Below, one piece after another: positions 46,205 to 56,600 of a DNA stretch of 64,000 bases (positions are counted from its first letter, which is position 1; each line of letters starts with the position of its first letter). Both the position numbers and the translations under genes were made by a program. Source of the stretch: a candidate division WOR-3 bacterium. Lineage in GTDB: Bacteria > Hydrothermota > Tepidihabitantia > Tepidihabitantales > Tepidihabitantaceae. The stretch covers positions 484-64,483 of the forward strand of contig CBFGIY010000003.1 of assembly GCA_965648935.1 (NCBI GenBank), written 5' to 3'. The notes under the pieces are model-generated. The model saw only the letters and a program-made list of their open reading frames with translations, had not been told where the DNA came from and did not search any database.

Positions 46205-47967
46205 CCACAGAGCGGGCTATCAGGAGAGGAAGGGTACTGGCCCTTCCTCTCCTCATTCTCGCCTCCGTGACGGCGAGGGCTCTCACGCTTGTGCCTCCCG
46301 AAGACCAGCTTCACCAGATGCGGCAGTTCTCAGGTACCGAGGATGCGGTCACGCGACTACTCGGCAGCCTTGGAATCGAGTACGTCAGTGACACCGCGTA
46401 CTTCTTCGTCGTGCCCCCGATGAACGCGGCACGCATCGAGGGAGGCATCAATCCATTCATAAGCCTGCTCAGGAAGGCCGGCGTCAAAGCAGACATTGTC
46501 ACGATGGCTGTCCATAACAGGCCGCGAGCCGCCTGGACCTACCTCCAGCGGCGGGCTTTTGCCAGCGACCACAGCGTGGTCGTCAATGACAGCTTCATGA
46601 AACCGTTTGCTCTGTCCTCCGGCGACCTGCGAGTGCCCTTTGCGGCCAAGTTCTGTGTACGGACGGGAGAGATGCTGTCAGCCTACTCGCTGATGGGCAG
46701 TATCGACTCGGCCACGATTGCCTGGTTCATCGCAGACACCTCCAGACCACGCGCAGAACCTCCTCCGGCAGCATCTCACGCTCCTGCGCGCAGCAGGCGC
46801 GCAGCTCGGCCAGGAATCATAAGACAGGTGCTGCTGCGTGACAACGACAGCTTCCCGCTTTCTACGTGCTTCTACGCGGCGCTGAACAAGGCCGGGACGA
46901 ACCTGGCGCTCAACGACGACCTGTCAGGGCAGGTATATGTCTTCGACCTGCCTTCGGGCGCGCTGGCGAACGTCATAGGCACCGGGGCCGATGAGGAGAC
47001 GCTGTTCACACACATTCCGGCTCAGGTGTTTGCGTGGCTGAAGCGTAACAACGTCATCAACTCGATGTACTTCGGACTGGATTATTGCGATGACACGACT
47101 CTGCTCATCAGCGCCTCGTTGCCCAGCGTCGAATGCACCGTTACCGGAACCGACACCAACTACGAGTATCGCAACGCACCATGCGTCGTCAGCAAGCAGG
47201 CCTTGACCGGCAGGCTCATCTCGTGCTCCCGACTACAGCATCTCCCCGACTCAATACGAGGAGGTGCCAGTATCACAGCGGTATCCTTCATCCCAGAGGC
47301 GTCAAAGGCATTCCTGCCATTCTACAAGGGCTGGCCGTCCGGCGGTCAGATGCTCAGCGACAGCACACCGACCGAGGACAACCCCTTCTCCGATGAGTTC
47401 TACAGGGTTAACACCTACCAGTTTGCAGTGTACAACCTCACTGGCGAGTTTGCAGGACTATGGGGCAGGCTGAACGCGCGCTTTCGTGAACTCAGGCTCG
47501 GCTACTTCGCTGGCGGAGGATTGGTCAGGCACCATGACGGTCTGTTCTACCTCAGTGACCAGTTCAGCGGCATGATCCGGGTCCACGACTCCGGCGGAGA
47601 ACCCATCGACTCTCTCCGGTTCACAGACGACCCCGCACCGGTCACGCCCCCTGTCGACCGCGAGCGCGACCCGCTTCACCACCTGATGGAAGCGGCACGA
47701 CTGAACCTCAACATCAGGGTCATCGATTTCGCGGTATCGAACAGCACCTGTGCTGTGCTGTATCTTCAGGATAAACGCCCCACGTTCTGCCGTCTGAACA
47801 TCCGCAGCCGCCAAGCGCGGCGATGGGCGCTGCCGGACACCTACGATGGGAAGACCGTCAAGTACTATCTGGTCCGCGACACCCCGAGCGGCATCGTCGC
47901 CGCCTCGCTTCTCGAGTCTGGCGACCAGACGTACTACTGCGAGTTCGAAATGCCCGGCCGGCGCTAG
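46201..47967 (+). CDS. secreted hypothetical protein
   Basis: About 588 aa from an ATG overlapping the upstream stop (ATGA). Signal peptide MTTERAIRRGRVLALPLLILASVTARA. Lower GC (about 58%) than the window average. Confidence 0.55.
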   Translation: MTTERAIRRGRVLALPLLILASVTARALTLVPPEDQLHQMRQFSGTEDAVTRLLGSLGIEYVSDTAYFFVVPPMNAARIEGGINPFISLLRKAGVKADIVTMAVHNRPRAAWTYLQRRAFASDHSVVVNDSFMKPFALSSGDLRVPFAAKFCVRTGEMLSAYSLMGSIDSATIAWFIADTSRPRAEPPPAASHAPARSRRAARPGIIRQVLLRDNDSFPLSTCFYAALNKAGTNLALNDDLSGQVYVFDLPSGALANVIGTGADEETLFTHIPAQVFAWLKRNNVINSMYFGLDYCDDTTLLISASLPSVECTVTGTDTNYEYRNAPCVVSKQALTGRLISCSRLQHLPDSIRGGASITAVSFIPEASKAFLPFYKGWPSGGQMLSDSTPTEDNPFSDEFYRVNTYQFAVYNLTGEFAGLWGRLNARFRELRLGYFAGGGLVRHHDGLFYLSDQFSGMIRVHDSGGEPIDSLRFTDDPAPVTPPVDRERDPLHHLMEAARLNLNIRVIDFAVSNSTCAVLYLQDKRPTFCRLNIRSRQARRWALPDTYDGKTVKYYLVRDTPSGIVAASLLESGDQTYYCEFEMPGRR

Positions 47968-48062
47968 GGCCTCCCGGGCTCGCTCTACACTGCCGACTCA
48001 TCACGGCCGCAGGCCGCAGCCTTGCCTTCCAGTTGTTGTGTGGTCCTCGGACGAAGCGCGGG

Positions 48063-51000
48063 CTAGTCGAGCAGGGCCTTGATTTCCCGGTAGATGTTCT
48101 CGGACAAGAACCCGCGCACGTCGATGGCCAGCGACCGGCAGTTGGCCGCGCACGCGCCACAGCCCTTGCACAGCGCCTCGTTGACCACGGCCGCGCGCTT
48201 GCCGAACCGCTCGTTCACGACCTTGACCTCGATGGCGCGATAGGGGCACAGCGCCTCGCACATCCCGCAGGCCGAACAGCGCGACTGGTCCACCTGCGCC
48301 ACCGTCGCCTCGGCTTCGAGCTCGTCGCGCGACAGCACGGTCGCGGCCCGGCCCGCTGCGGCCCGCGCCTGTGCCACCGCCTCGTCGATGAACTTGGGGA
48401 AGTGGCACAGCCCGGCCATGAACACGCCCTCGGTCGCGAAATCGACCGGCCTGAGTTTGGCGTGCGCCTCGAGGAAGAACCCGTCGGCGTTGAGCGGCAC
48501 CTTCAGCATCTTGGCCAGCTCTTCGGAATCCTCCAGCGGCACCACGCCCGACGACAGCGCCAGCAGGTCGGGGCGCAATTCGACCGTCTCGCCGAGCACG
48601 GGGTCAAACACGGTTACCGACAATGTCGATTTGCGATTGTCGATTGTCGACTCCCCGCCTTCGCTTTGGCATTTGACTTTTGGCTTCTGGCTTCTGGCTT
48701 CGTCCTCGATGACGTTGACGTCCGGCTTCCGTTCCGGTGTGTACCGGATGAAGACCACGCCCTGCTCGCGCGCCTTGCGGTAATGTTCCTCGCGCAGGCC
48801 GTAGGTGCGGATGTCGCGGTAGAGCACGTAGACCTCGGCCTCAGGGTTCAGCGCCTTGACTGCAAGCGCGTTCTTCACCGCCTCGGCGCAGCAGACCCGC
48901 GAGCAGTAGGGCCGGTCCGGTTCGCGCGAACCCACGCACTGAATCATCACGACCCGCTGGGTGGCCTTCACCTTCGCCGGCTCGCGCTCGACCAGCTCTT
49001 CCAATTCCTGCTGGGTGACTATCGCCGGACTCCTGCCGTACTCGTACTCGGTCGGCGTGCGATACTTGGCCCCGGTCGCAACCACGACCACGCCGTGCTT
49101 CACGATCTCGCTTCCCGCCGCGCTCTCGACCGTGGTCTGGAAGTTGCCAACGAACCCATCGATCGCCTTGATGCGCGCGCCGGTGATTACCTTGATGCGC
49201 GGCTCGGCCGCGACCTTCGCCTCGAGTTCCTTCAACCGCGCCTGCACGTCGGTGCCGTCAATCGAATGCCATATCCGGCGCGCGGTGCCGCCGAGTTCGC
49301 TCTCGCGCTCGACCAGCGTGACGTCGAACCCTTCGGCCGCTATCGCCAGCGCCGCGGCCATCCCGGCCACGCCGCCGCCGACTACCAGTGCCGACTTGGT
49401 CACCGGCAGTTTCACCTTGGACAGCGGCGCCTGGCGCACCGCGCGGGCGATTGCCATCCGCACGAGGTCCTTGGCCTTTTCGGTCGCGGCTTCGGGCTCT
49501 TTCATATGCACCCAGGAACACTGGTCCCGGATGTTGGCCATCGCGAAGAGCTGCGGATTCAGGCCCGCCTCGGCGCAGGTCGCCTGAAACAGCGGCTCGT
49601 GCGTGCGCGGCGAGCAGGACGCGACCACGACCCGGTTCAGCCGGTGCTCACGGATTCTGTCCTTGATTCGCTCCTGCGTATCCCCGGAGCAGGAGTACAG
49701 GTTCTCCTCGACGTGGACCACGAAGGGCAGCGACTTCGCGTACTCGACCACCGCCGGCACGTTGACGATGCCGCCGATGTTCACACCGCAGTGGCAGATG
49801 AACGCCCCGATGCGCGGCGCGTCACCGCGCACGTCGGTTTCGGCCGGCACCTGTTTCTCGCGCGCGAGCTGGCCGCGCTCCTCGGCCAGTATCCCCTCTG
49901 CGACGGCGGCCGCGCCCGACGCCTCGGTCACGGTCTCAGGGATCGCCATCGGCGACTGGAAACTGCCCGCCACGGCCACGCCCGGCCGGGAAGAGCCCAC
50001 CGGGTCCCAGTCGTCGCCGAGCACGAACCCGAACCGGTCCAGTTCGACATCCAGCCGCCGGCCCAGCTCGACCAGCTCGGGCGGCGGCACCAGCCCGCAG
50101 GAGAGCACGACCATGTCGAACCGCTCGGACCGCGCGCCGTCGTCCCCGGCATAGCGCAGTATCAGGTCGCGCGTTTCCGGGTCCTCGCGCACCTCGGGCA
50201 CGCGCGCGCGCACCAGCCGCACGCCGTACTGGGCCTGGGCCCGGTCCACGTAGCGGTCAAAATCCTTGCCGTACGAGCGCATGTCCATATAGAACACCGA
50301 CGGCTCGACATCGCGGCAGTGCTCGCGCGTGATGACCGCCTCTTTCACCGCGTACATGCAGCACATCGCCGAGCAGTAGCCGCGCTCGACCGAGTCGTCG
50401 CGCGAACCGACGCACTGCAGCCAGGCGATGCGCTTCGGCTCGCGGCCGTCCGACGGCCGCCTGACGTGGCCGCCGTACGGACCGGACGCCGACAGAATCC
50501 GCTCGTACTCGAGCGAAGTCACGACGTTGGGATAACGGCCGTGACCGTACTCCGCTCGCAGGCTCGTCGGCGCGATTCGCGACCCGGCCGCGACCACGAC
50601 CGAGCCGACCTCAATCTCAAACTCCTCGTCCTGCTGGGTGTAGTCAATCGCCCCGGCCTTGCAGTTCTTCTGGCAGGCGCCGCAGCGGTCCTTGGTGAAC
50701 TTCAGGCACGCGGCCCGGTCAATGGTCGGCGCGTTGGGCACGGCCTGCGCGTAGAGCTGGTAAATCGCGCGGCGCTTGCTCAGGCCGCCCTCGAATTCGT
50801 TGGGCAAATCGCGCACCGGGCACTTGGCGATGCAGTCGCCGCAGCCGGTGCACTTGCCCAGGTCCACCGACCGCGCCCGCTTGAGCAGTTTCACCCTGAA
50901 CCGGCCCGGCTCGCCCTCGACCGACAAGACCTCGGTCAGGGTATGCAACTCGATATTGTTGTGCCGGCCTGCGGCCACCAGCTTGGGCGACAGGATGCAC

Positions 51001-51224
51001 ATCGAGCAGTCATTGGTCGGGAAGGTCTTGTCGAGCATCGCCATCACGCCGCCGATGCCCGGCGACTTTTCGACCAGGTAGACCTTGTACCCGGAGTCGG
51101 CGAGGTCGAGCGCGCTCTGCACGCCGCCGATGCCGCCGCCAATGACAAGGACAGCGCCGACCTTGCCGGCCGACGGCTGCCGGTTCACCTCTGCCGGCTC
51201 GATGACCACGGACTCGTCAGCCAT
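48063..51224 (-). CDS. HdrA-like FAD/FeS oxidoreductase, tandem (duplicated) HdrA architecture
   Basis: 1053 aa. N-terminal HdrA FAD domain (VLVIGGGIGGVQSALDLA..DKTFPTNDCSMCILSPKLV), inserted 2x[4Fe-4S] ferredoxin, CCMY cysteine cluster, a second CHCGVNIGG thioredoxin-like segment and second FAD domain (ALVVGGGVAGMAAALAIA), C-terminal ferredoxins. Contains an in-frame repeat insertion (...EDEARSQKPKVKCQSEGGESTIDNRKS...) absent from the paralog at the equivalent site. Confidence 0.85.
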   Translation of the reverse strand: MADESVVIEPAEVNRQPSAGKVGAVLVIGGGIGGVQSALDLADSGYKVYLVEKSPGIGGVMAMLDKTFPTNDCSMCILSPKLVAAGRHNNIELHTLTEVLSVEGEPGRFRVKLLKRARSVDLGKCTGCGDCIAKCPVRDLPNEFEGGLSKRRAIYQLYAQAVPNAPTIDRAACLKFTKDRCGACQKNCKAGAIDYTQQDEEFEIEVGSVVVAAGSRIAPTSLRAEYGHGRYPNVVTSLEYERILSASGPYGGHVRRPSDGREPKRIAWLQCVGSRDDSVERGYCSAMCCMYAVKEAVITREHCRDVEPSVFYMDMRSYGKDFDRYVDRAQAQYGVRLVRARVPEVREDPETRDLILRYAGDDGARSERFDMVVLSCGLVPPPELVELGRRLDVELDRFGFVLGDDWDPVGSSRPGVAVAGSFQSPMAIPETVTEASGAAAVAEGILAEERGQLAREKQVPAETDVRGDAPRIGAFICHCGVNIGGIVNVPAVVEYAKSLPFVVHVEENLYSCSGDTQERIKDRIREHRLNRVVVASCSPRTHEPLFQATCAEAGLNPQLFAMANIRDQCSWVHMKEPEAATEKAKDLVRMAIARAVRQAPLSKVKLPVTKSALVVGGGVAGMAAALAIAAEGFDVTLVERESELGGTARRIWHSIDGTDVQARLKELEAKVAAEPRIKVITGARIKAIDGFVGNFQTTVESAAGSEIVKHGVVVVATGAKYRTPTEYEYGRSPAIVTQQELEELVEREPAKVKATQRVVMIQCVGSREPDRPYCSRVCCAEAVKNALAVKALNPEAEVYVLYRDIRTYGLREEHYRKAREQGVVFIRYTPERKPDVNVIEDEARSQKPKVKCQSEGGESTIDNRKSTLSVTVFDPVLGETVELRPDLLALSSGVVPLEDSEELAKMLKVPLNADGFFLEAHAKLRPVDFATEGVFMAGLCHFPKFIDEAVAQARAAAGRAATVLSRDELEAEATVAQVDQSRCSACGMCEALCPYRAIEVKVVNERFGKRAAVVNEALCKGCGACAANCRSLAIDVRGFLSENIYREIKALLD
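48620..48702. repeat. composite insertion in the tandem hdrA-like gene: CGACAAT-type tandem plus K/P-coding repeat
   Basis: GACAATGTCGATTTGCGATTGTCGATTGTCGAC followed by CGCTTTGGCATTTGACTTTTGGCTTCTGGCTTCTGGCTTCG. Encodes SQKPKVKCQSEGGESTIDNRKSTLS. Confidence 0.6.
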
Positions 51225-51984
51225 TCTGCTTCTCCGCCCGTTCCAGCGCCGCCAGGCCCGGCGGGTAGCAGTACCCGTCTTCCTGGGCCAGCTCGCGGAT
51301 AGCGTTCATAATCTGGTTGATGTTCACGCCCTGCGGACAGCGCGACATGCAGCGGAAATGGGTCGCGCAGGCGTCCTTGAACTCATCGGCCAGCGCCTGC
51401 TCGCGCAAGCCCAGGTTGACCAGCCGGACAAACCGGCGCGGGTCCTTCTTCTCATCCATCAGCGTTTCCGGGCAGACCGCGGTGCACGAGCCGCAGGTGA
51501 AGCACCGTCCGGCCTCGGGCGACCGGGCCAGCACCTCGGCTTTGAACGCGCGGTCCAGTTCGTCCTGAGTGACACTCTCGGGCCGGCCGTCAGCCCGCGC
51601 CTGCCGCACTTCGTCGGCAATCTGCGCCACCGCGTCGGCGACCTGGCCGATGTTCACCCCCTGCGGACAGCGGTGCAGGCAGGTGTAGTGATAGGAGCAG
51701 ATCCAGACAAACTCGGACCGGTAGACTTCCTCCTTCAGTCCCATCAGGGCCATCCGGATGATGCGGCGCGGGTTGTACTTCTCTTCCAGCCGGCGCACCG
51801 GACAGGACGCCGAGCACTGGCCGCAGGACAGGCAGTGCATGAACCCCGAGTCGCCCAGCTTCTCTGCCAGCCGGTACTTGAAATCGAGGTCCAGCTCGTT
51901 GACGAGCAGTTCCTCGCCGGTGTCCTCGTTTTGGCTTTTGGCCTTTGGCTTTTGGCCTTTGGCTTCGTTCGTCAAATCTATCAC
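51217..51984 (-). CDS. HdrC-like iron-sulfur protein (two CxxCxxCxxxCP...CP modules)
   Basis: About 255 aa from a GTG overlapping the upstream stop (GTGA). CLSCGQCSASCP...CLHRCPQG and CFTCGSCTAVCP...CMSRCPQG. N-terminus carries the in-frame repeat insertion (NEAKGQKPKAKSQNED). The upstream 350 codons of the 606-aa ORF-track ORF are antisense-overlap junk. Confidence 0.65.
   Translation of the reverse strand: MIDLTNEAKGQKPKAKSQNEDTGEELLVNELDLDFKYRLAEKLGDSGFMHCLSCGQCSASCPVRRLEEKYNPRRIIRMALMGLKEEVYRSEFVWICSYHYTCLHRCPQGVNIGQVADAVAQIADEVRQARADGRPESVTQDELDRAFKAEVLARSPEAGRCFTCGSCTAVCPETLMDEKKDPRRFVRLVNLGLREQALADEFKDACATHFRCMSRCPQGVNINQIMNAIRELAQEDGYCYPPGLAALERAEKQNG
51927..51967. repeat. K/P-coding repeat, in frame at the N-terminus of the HdrC-like gene
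   Basis: CGTTTTGGCTTTTGGCCTTTGGCTTTTGGCCTTTGGCTTCG. Encodes EAKGQKPKAKSQN. Confidence 0.65.
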
Positions 51985-53102
51985 TCCGCCTCGCCCACGC
52001 TCTTGAACTCCTCCTCGCGGAAAGTGGTCAGGGGCAGTGGCTCGTCCAGGCTGCGGCCCGACACGTAATCGAACTCGGCCTGCGCGTTGCGAGACGCCTT
52101 CTTGAACAGCACGGTCAGGCCGATGCCGACCGGGCAGGACTCCTCGCAGATGCCGCAGGCCACGCACGAGGTCATCATATGGTTCATCCGCGTCAGGTGG
52201 AACAGCAGTGTTTCCGACGGCATCCGGGTCAGGCCCTTGCGCTTGGCGATGCGCACGTGCTCTCCGATGTCGCGTTTGAAAGTATCCGAGTCGAAGAAGC
52301 ACTCGCGGCAGTAGCACACCGGGCAGACCCGCATGCAGTTGTGGCAGTTCAGGCAGTCGGCGAAGTACTCGACGAGCTTCTGCGCGCCCATGAACTTCGC
52401 CTCGGTCTCCCCGATACGCTTCTGCGCCTCGGCCAGCCGCTTCTCGGAGAGACTCTTCAGCGCCGCGGCGCGCGCGGCCGGCTCTTCGCCCTGCTCGAGC
52501 CCGATGCCCTCGGCCAGCGCCTTGCCCTTGTCGGTGGCGGCCTCGACCCACAGCGCTTCGTCGACATTCATCCCGAGCCAGCCGATGGCGATGTCCGACA
52601 CCGGGGGGATGGGAAACTCGCACATCCTGCAGGCCGTGCGCAGGTTCGGGTTGGCGGCCAGCTCGTCCTGACCGCGCGCGTGCCGGTTGTCGAACTCGGC
52701 GTCGGCCCCGCGCACCTCGCGGAACCCGGCCGCCTTGTAGGTGCCGCCGCAGTCCATCCCGATGATGACAAGATTGTCGGCAACGACCTGCCGCAGCTTG
52801 ATGAGCTCGACCAGGGCCCGCGCCTCGCACGGCCGCAGCACCAGCCCCACCTTGCGCTCGAGCACGCCGTCGCAGGCGATGTCGTGCACCACCGAGGCGG
52901 CATTCACCGCCATCGCCGGCAGCAGCGGCATCGCGTCCTCGAGCTTGTCCGGCTCGGTCACCAGCGCCATAGTCGCCGCGCCTGACTTCGAGTACGCCGG
53001 CACCAGCACCGCGCCCAGTCTGCCCTCGCTCAGCCACTGGCCGAGCAGCGCGCGCACTGTCGCCTCGGGATTGCTGTCCCTGACCCTGAGAATGCCCTTC
53101 AT
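51981..53102 (-). CDS. iron-sulfur protein with two 4Fe-4S motifs; N-terminal domain possibly FrhB/FdhB-like
   Basis: 373 aa. CLNCHNCMRVCPVC and CVACGICEESCPVG ferredoxin motifs. The N-terminal about 200 aa are globular and Cys-poor. Family assignment of the N-terminal domain is tentative. Confidence 0.6.
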   Translation of the reverse strand: MKGILRVRDSNPEATVRALLGQWLSEGRLGAVLVPAYSKSGAATMALVTEPDKLEDAMPLLPAMAVNAASVVHDIACDGVLERKVGLVLRPCEARALVELIKLRQVVADNLVIIGMDCGGTYKAAGFREVRGADAEFDNRHARGQDELAANPNLRTACRMCEFPIPPVSDIAIGWLGMNVDEALWVEAATDKGKALAEGIGLEQGEEPAARAAALKSLSEKRLAEAQKRIGETEAKFMGAQKLVEYFADCLNCHNCMRVCPVCYCRECFFDSDTFKRDIGEHVRIAKRKGLTRMPSETLLFHLTRMNHMMTSCVACGICEESCPVGIGLTVLFKKASRNAQAEFDYVSGRSLDEPLPLTTFREEEFKSVGEAE

Positions 53103-53109
53103 CGCCGCC

Positions 53110-53532
53110 TCACACGTCCCACTGCTCGCGGAACGGGGTCGGCCCCTTCGCGCGCAGGTGCTCGGTCATCTCGGTCACCGTGTCGGCGAACTTTCTTCCC
53201 TCGGCCGCGGAAATCCAGCGTAGCCACACCCGGTCCTCATCCAGGCCGAGCGAGCGCATCACCGAGTTGAACAGCACCATCCTGCGCCGCGCCTTGTAGT
53301 TGCCCGACACGTAGTGGCAGTCTCCGGGATGGCAGCCGCCCATGAACACGCCGTCCGCGCCTTCGAGCAATGCCCGGATGATGTACACCGAGTCGACCGC
53401 CCCCGAGCACATCACCCGGATCGGCCGCATGTTCGGCGGGTACTGCATCCGCGAGGTGCCGGCAAGGTCTGCCCCGGCATAGGTGCACCAGTTGCACAGG
53501 AAACCGACAATCTTGGGTTCGAATTCAGGCAT
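53110..53532 (-). CDS. mvhD: methyl-viologen-reducing hydrogenase delta subunit-like protein (MvhD/FlxD)
   Basis: 140 aa. IVGFLCNWCTYAGAD and GGCHPGDCHY motifs diagnostic of MvhD. GGAGG RBS 7 nt upstream. Confidence 0.85.
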   Translation of the reverse strand: MPEFEPKIVGFLCNWCTYAGADLAGTSRMQYPPNMRPIRVMCSGAVDSVYIIRALLEGADGVFMGGCHPGDCHYVSGNYKARRRMVLFNSVMRSLGLDEDRVWLRWISAAEGRKFADTVTEMTEHLRAKGPTPFREQWDV

Positions 53533-53553
53533 CTACAGGCCTCCGATATCCAG

Positions 53554-53577
53554 GTCAAAAGCCAAAAGCCAAAACTC
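53554..53577. repeat. K/P-coding repeat, intergenic copy upstream of mvhD (opposite orientation)
   Basis: + strand GTCAAAAGCCAAAAGCCAAAACTC. In a + frame it would read VKSQKPKLK. Confidence 0.55.
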
Positions 53578-53639
53578 AAATGTCAGAACCGACCGCCCGG
53601 TAAGTTGCACTGTGCCTGTTACACTCTGCACTTTGCTTC

Positions 53640-56600
53640 TCACAGCGCCGCGTCAATCATCGACAGGACGTTGCGCGCCTCGAAGCCCTTGAGCTTTATC
53701 GCCTCGGCCGGGCACGCCGCCGCGCACGCGCCGCAACCCTGGCACAGCACGGCGGTCACCTCGGACTTGCCGGTCGCGGGGTTCACGCGCGCCGCCTCGT
53801 ACTGGCAGACTTCCTCGCACACGCCGCAGCCCACGCACCAGCGCGGGTTGACCTCGGCCACGACCGCGTCGGTCGACAGCTCCTTGTGCGAGAGAATCGA
53901 GCAGGCGCGCGCTGCCGCGGCCTGCGCCTGCGTTACTGTTTCCGGTATGCGCCGCGGGCTGTGCGCCATCCCGGCCATGAACACGCCCCTCGTTGTGAAG
54001 TCCACCGGCCGCAGTTTCATGTGCGCCTCGAGGAAGAAACCATCCTCGTTCAGCGGCACCTTCAGCAACTGCCCCAGCGCGTGGTTGGTCTCACCCGGCA
54101 CCACGCCCGCGGACAGCGCGAGGATGTCGGCGTCGATGCCCAGCCGGCGCTGCAGCACCGGGTCGTACACGGTCACGTGCAGCCTGCCGTCGCGCTGGCT
54201 GACAACCGGCTTGGTTTCGGGGTCGAACCGCACGAACATCACGCCGGCGGCGCGCGCGTCGCGGTACAGCGCTTCCTTGAATCCGTAGGTGCGCATGTCG
54301 CGGTACAGGATGACGACGTTGGCGCGCGGGTTCAGCGCCTTGATGCGCAGCGCGTTCTTGACCGACTCGGTGCAGCACACCCGCGAGCACCACGGGTGCT
54401 CCGGCTCGCGCGAGCCGACACACTGGACCATCACGACATGCTTCGCCTGCTTCACCGCGTCGGGCCGGTCGACAATCATCGTCTCGAGCTCGGTCTGGGT
54501 CATCACCCGCTCGTCCGCGCCGTAGAGATACTCGGTCGGCCGGTACTCGCTCGCCCCGGTCGCCACGACGAACACGCCGTGCTCGAGCTCGGTCTCGCCG
54601 TCGGCGCTGCGCAGACGCGACCGGTAGTTGCCGACATAGCCCGATACTGCCACCAGCTCGGCGCCGGTGAACACCCTGACCTGCGGGTGGGCGCGCACGC
54701 GCTGCTCCAGGCGCACCAGCAGACCGCCAACGTCCTCGCCGCCGTCGGTGTACCTGAGTTGCCTGAGCCGGCCGCCGAGCTCTCTCGACCGTTCGACAAG
54801 GTACACCGCGAAACCCTGGTCCGCGATTGCCAGAGCCGCGGTCATTCCCGCCAGTCCGCCGCCGATGACCAGCGCCTTCTGGGTGACCGTCTGGGGCGAT
54901 GAATCCAGCGCCCGCAACAGCCGCGCGTTCGCCACCGCCATCCGCACCAGCTCGCGGGACTTGGCGGTCGCCTCCTCGGGGTTCTGCATATGCACCCACG
55001 AACACTGGTCGCGGATGTTGGCCATCGTGAACAGGTGCGGGTTCAGCCCGGCCTCGGCCAGCGTCTCCTGGAACAGCGGCTCGTGCGTGCGCGGCGTGCA
55101 CGACGCCACGACCACGCGGTTGAGCCTGTGCTCCTCGATGGCCTGGCGGATCTTCTGCTGGGTGTCCTGCGAACATGTGAACAGGTTGTCGTCGGCCAGC
55201 ACCACGCCGGGCAGGGTGCGCGCGTACTCGACCACCGACGGCACCTTGACCACGCCGCCGATGTTGATGCCGCAGTTGCAGACAAACACGCCGATGCGCG
55301 GTTCCTCGCCCGACACGTCGCGCTGGGGCGGGTACCTCTTGGGCTGGACGAGCGTGTTGCGCGACGCGGCCAGCAGCGAACCGACCGCCGCGGCCACGCC
55401 GGTCGCCTCGGTCACGGTCTCGGGAATGTCCTTGGGCTCGACCAGCGCGCCGCAGGCGTACACCCCGGGACGGCTGGTCAGCACCGGCTCGAACGGGTCG
55501 GTTCGCACGAAGCCCTGCTCGTCGGTCTTGACGCCAATGCGGTTGGCCAGCTCGGCCACGCGCGGGTCGGCCGACAGCGCGGTCGAGACCACGACCATGT
55601 CGTAGGTTTCCTCTTTCAGCTCGCCCGCCTCGTTCTCGTAGGCGATGACGAGGTCCTCGCCGCCCTCGACACGCTTCAGGGAACTGACCTTGCAACGCCG
55701 GTACACCACGCCGTACTCGTCCTGCGCCCGCTGGTAGTACTTCTCGAAGTCCTTGCCGAAGCAGCGCATGTCCATGTAGTACACGTGGCAGTCAAGGTTG
55801 CCGCCGCAGTGCTCGCGCGCGATGACCGCTTCCTTGGTCGCGTACATGCAGCACACCGACGAGCAGTAGTAGTGCTCCTGGTTGCGCGACCCGACGCACT
55901 GTATCCACGCGACTTTTTTCGGCTGCTTGCCGTCCGACGGCCGGCGCACGTGGCCCTCGTAGGGCCCGGTCGCCGAGAGAATCCGCTCGAACTCAAGCGA
56001 CGTCACCACGTTGGCGTAGCGGCCGTACCCGAAGCCGAGGTCTGCGGTCGGCTTGTACTCCTTGAACCCTGCGGAGAGCACGACCGCGCCGACCTCAACC
56101 TCGCTCTCACGCGCGGTCTGCGAATGGTCAATCGCCTTGGCCTCGCACGCCGTGACGCACTGGAAGCATTCCGAGCAGACCCCGCAGTTCAGGCAGCGCT
56201 GGGCCTCGCGCACCGCGGTCTCCTCGTCGAACCCCAGCCCGATTTCCCGGTAACTCTGCCCGCGCTCGGCAACCGGCAGGACCGCCTCGCGCGCTCGCTC
56301 GACGCGGCGAATCTTGGCCCGCGCCGCAGCCGACTCGTCGGCTTTGGCCGCCCTGGGCTTGGGCTCGTCCCGGCCCGCCTTCAGGTCCTCGCCGCGGATG
56401 AACCGGTCGATGGAAATCGCGGCCTCGTGGCCGGCCGCCACCGCCTCGATGACCGATGCCGGGCCGGAGACCATGTCCCCGCCCGCGAAAACGCCCGGGA
56501 CGCTCGTCTGCAGAGTCAGCTTGTCGACCTTGAACGTGCCGCCCGGGCCCCGCTCAAAGCCCTCGAACCCGTCGGCGTCAACGGCCTGGCCGATTGCCAG

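Noticed and set aside
51217-53037. 606-aa ORF-track gene model for the HdrC-like protein
   Set aside because: Only the last 255 codons are coding (GTG at 51984 overlapping the upstream stop). The first 350 codons overlap the 373-aa FeS gene in another frame and are Arg/Gly junk.
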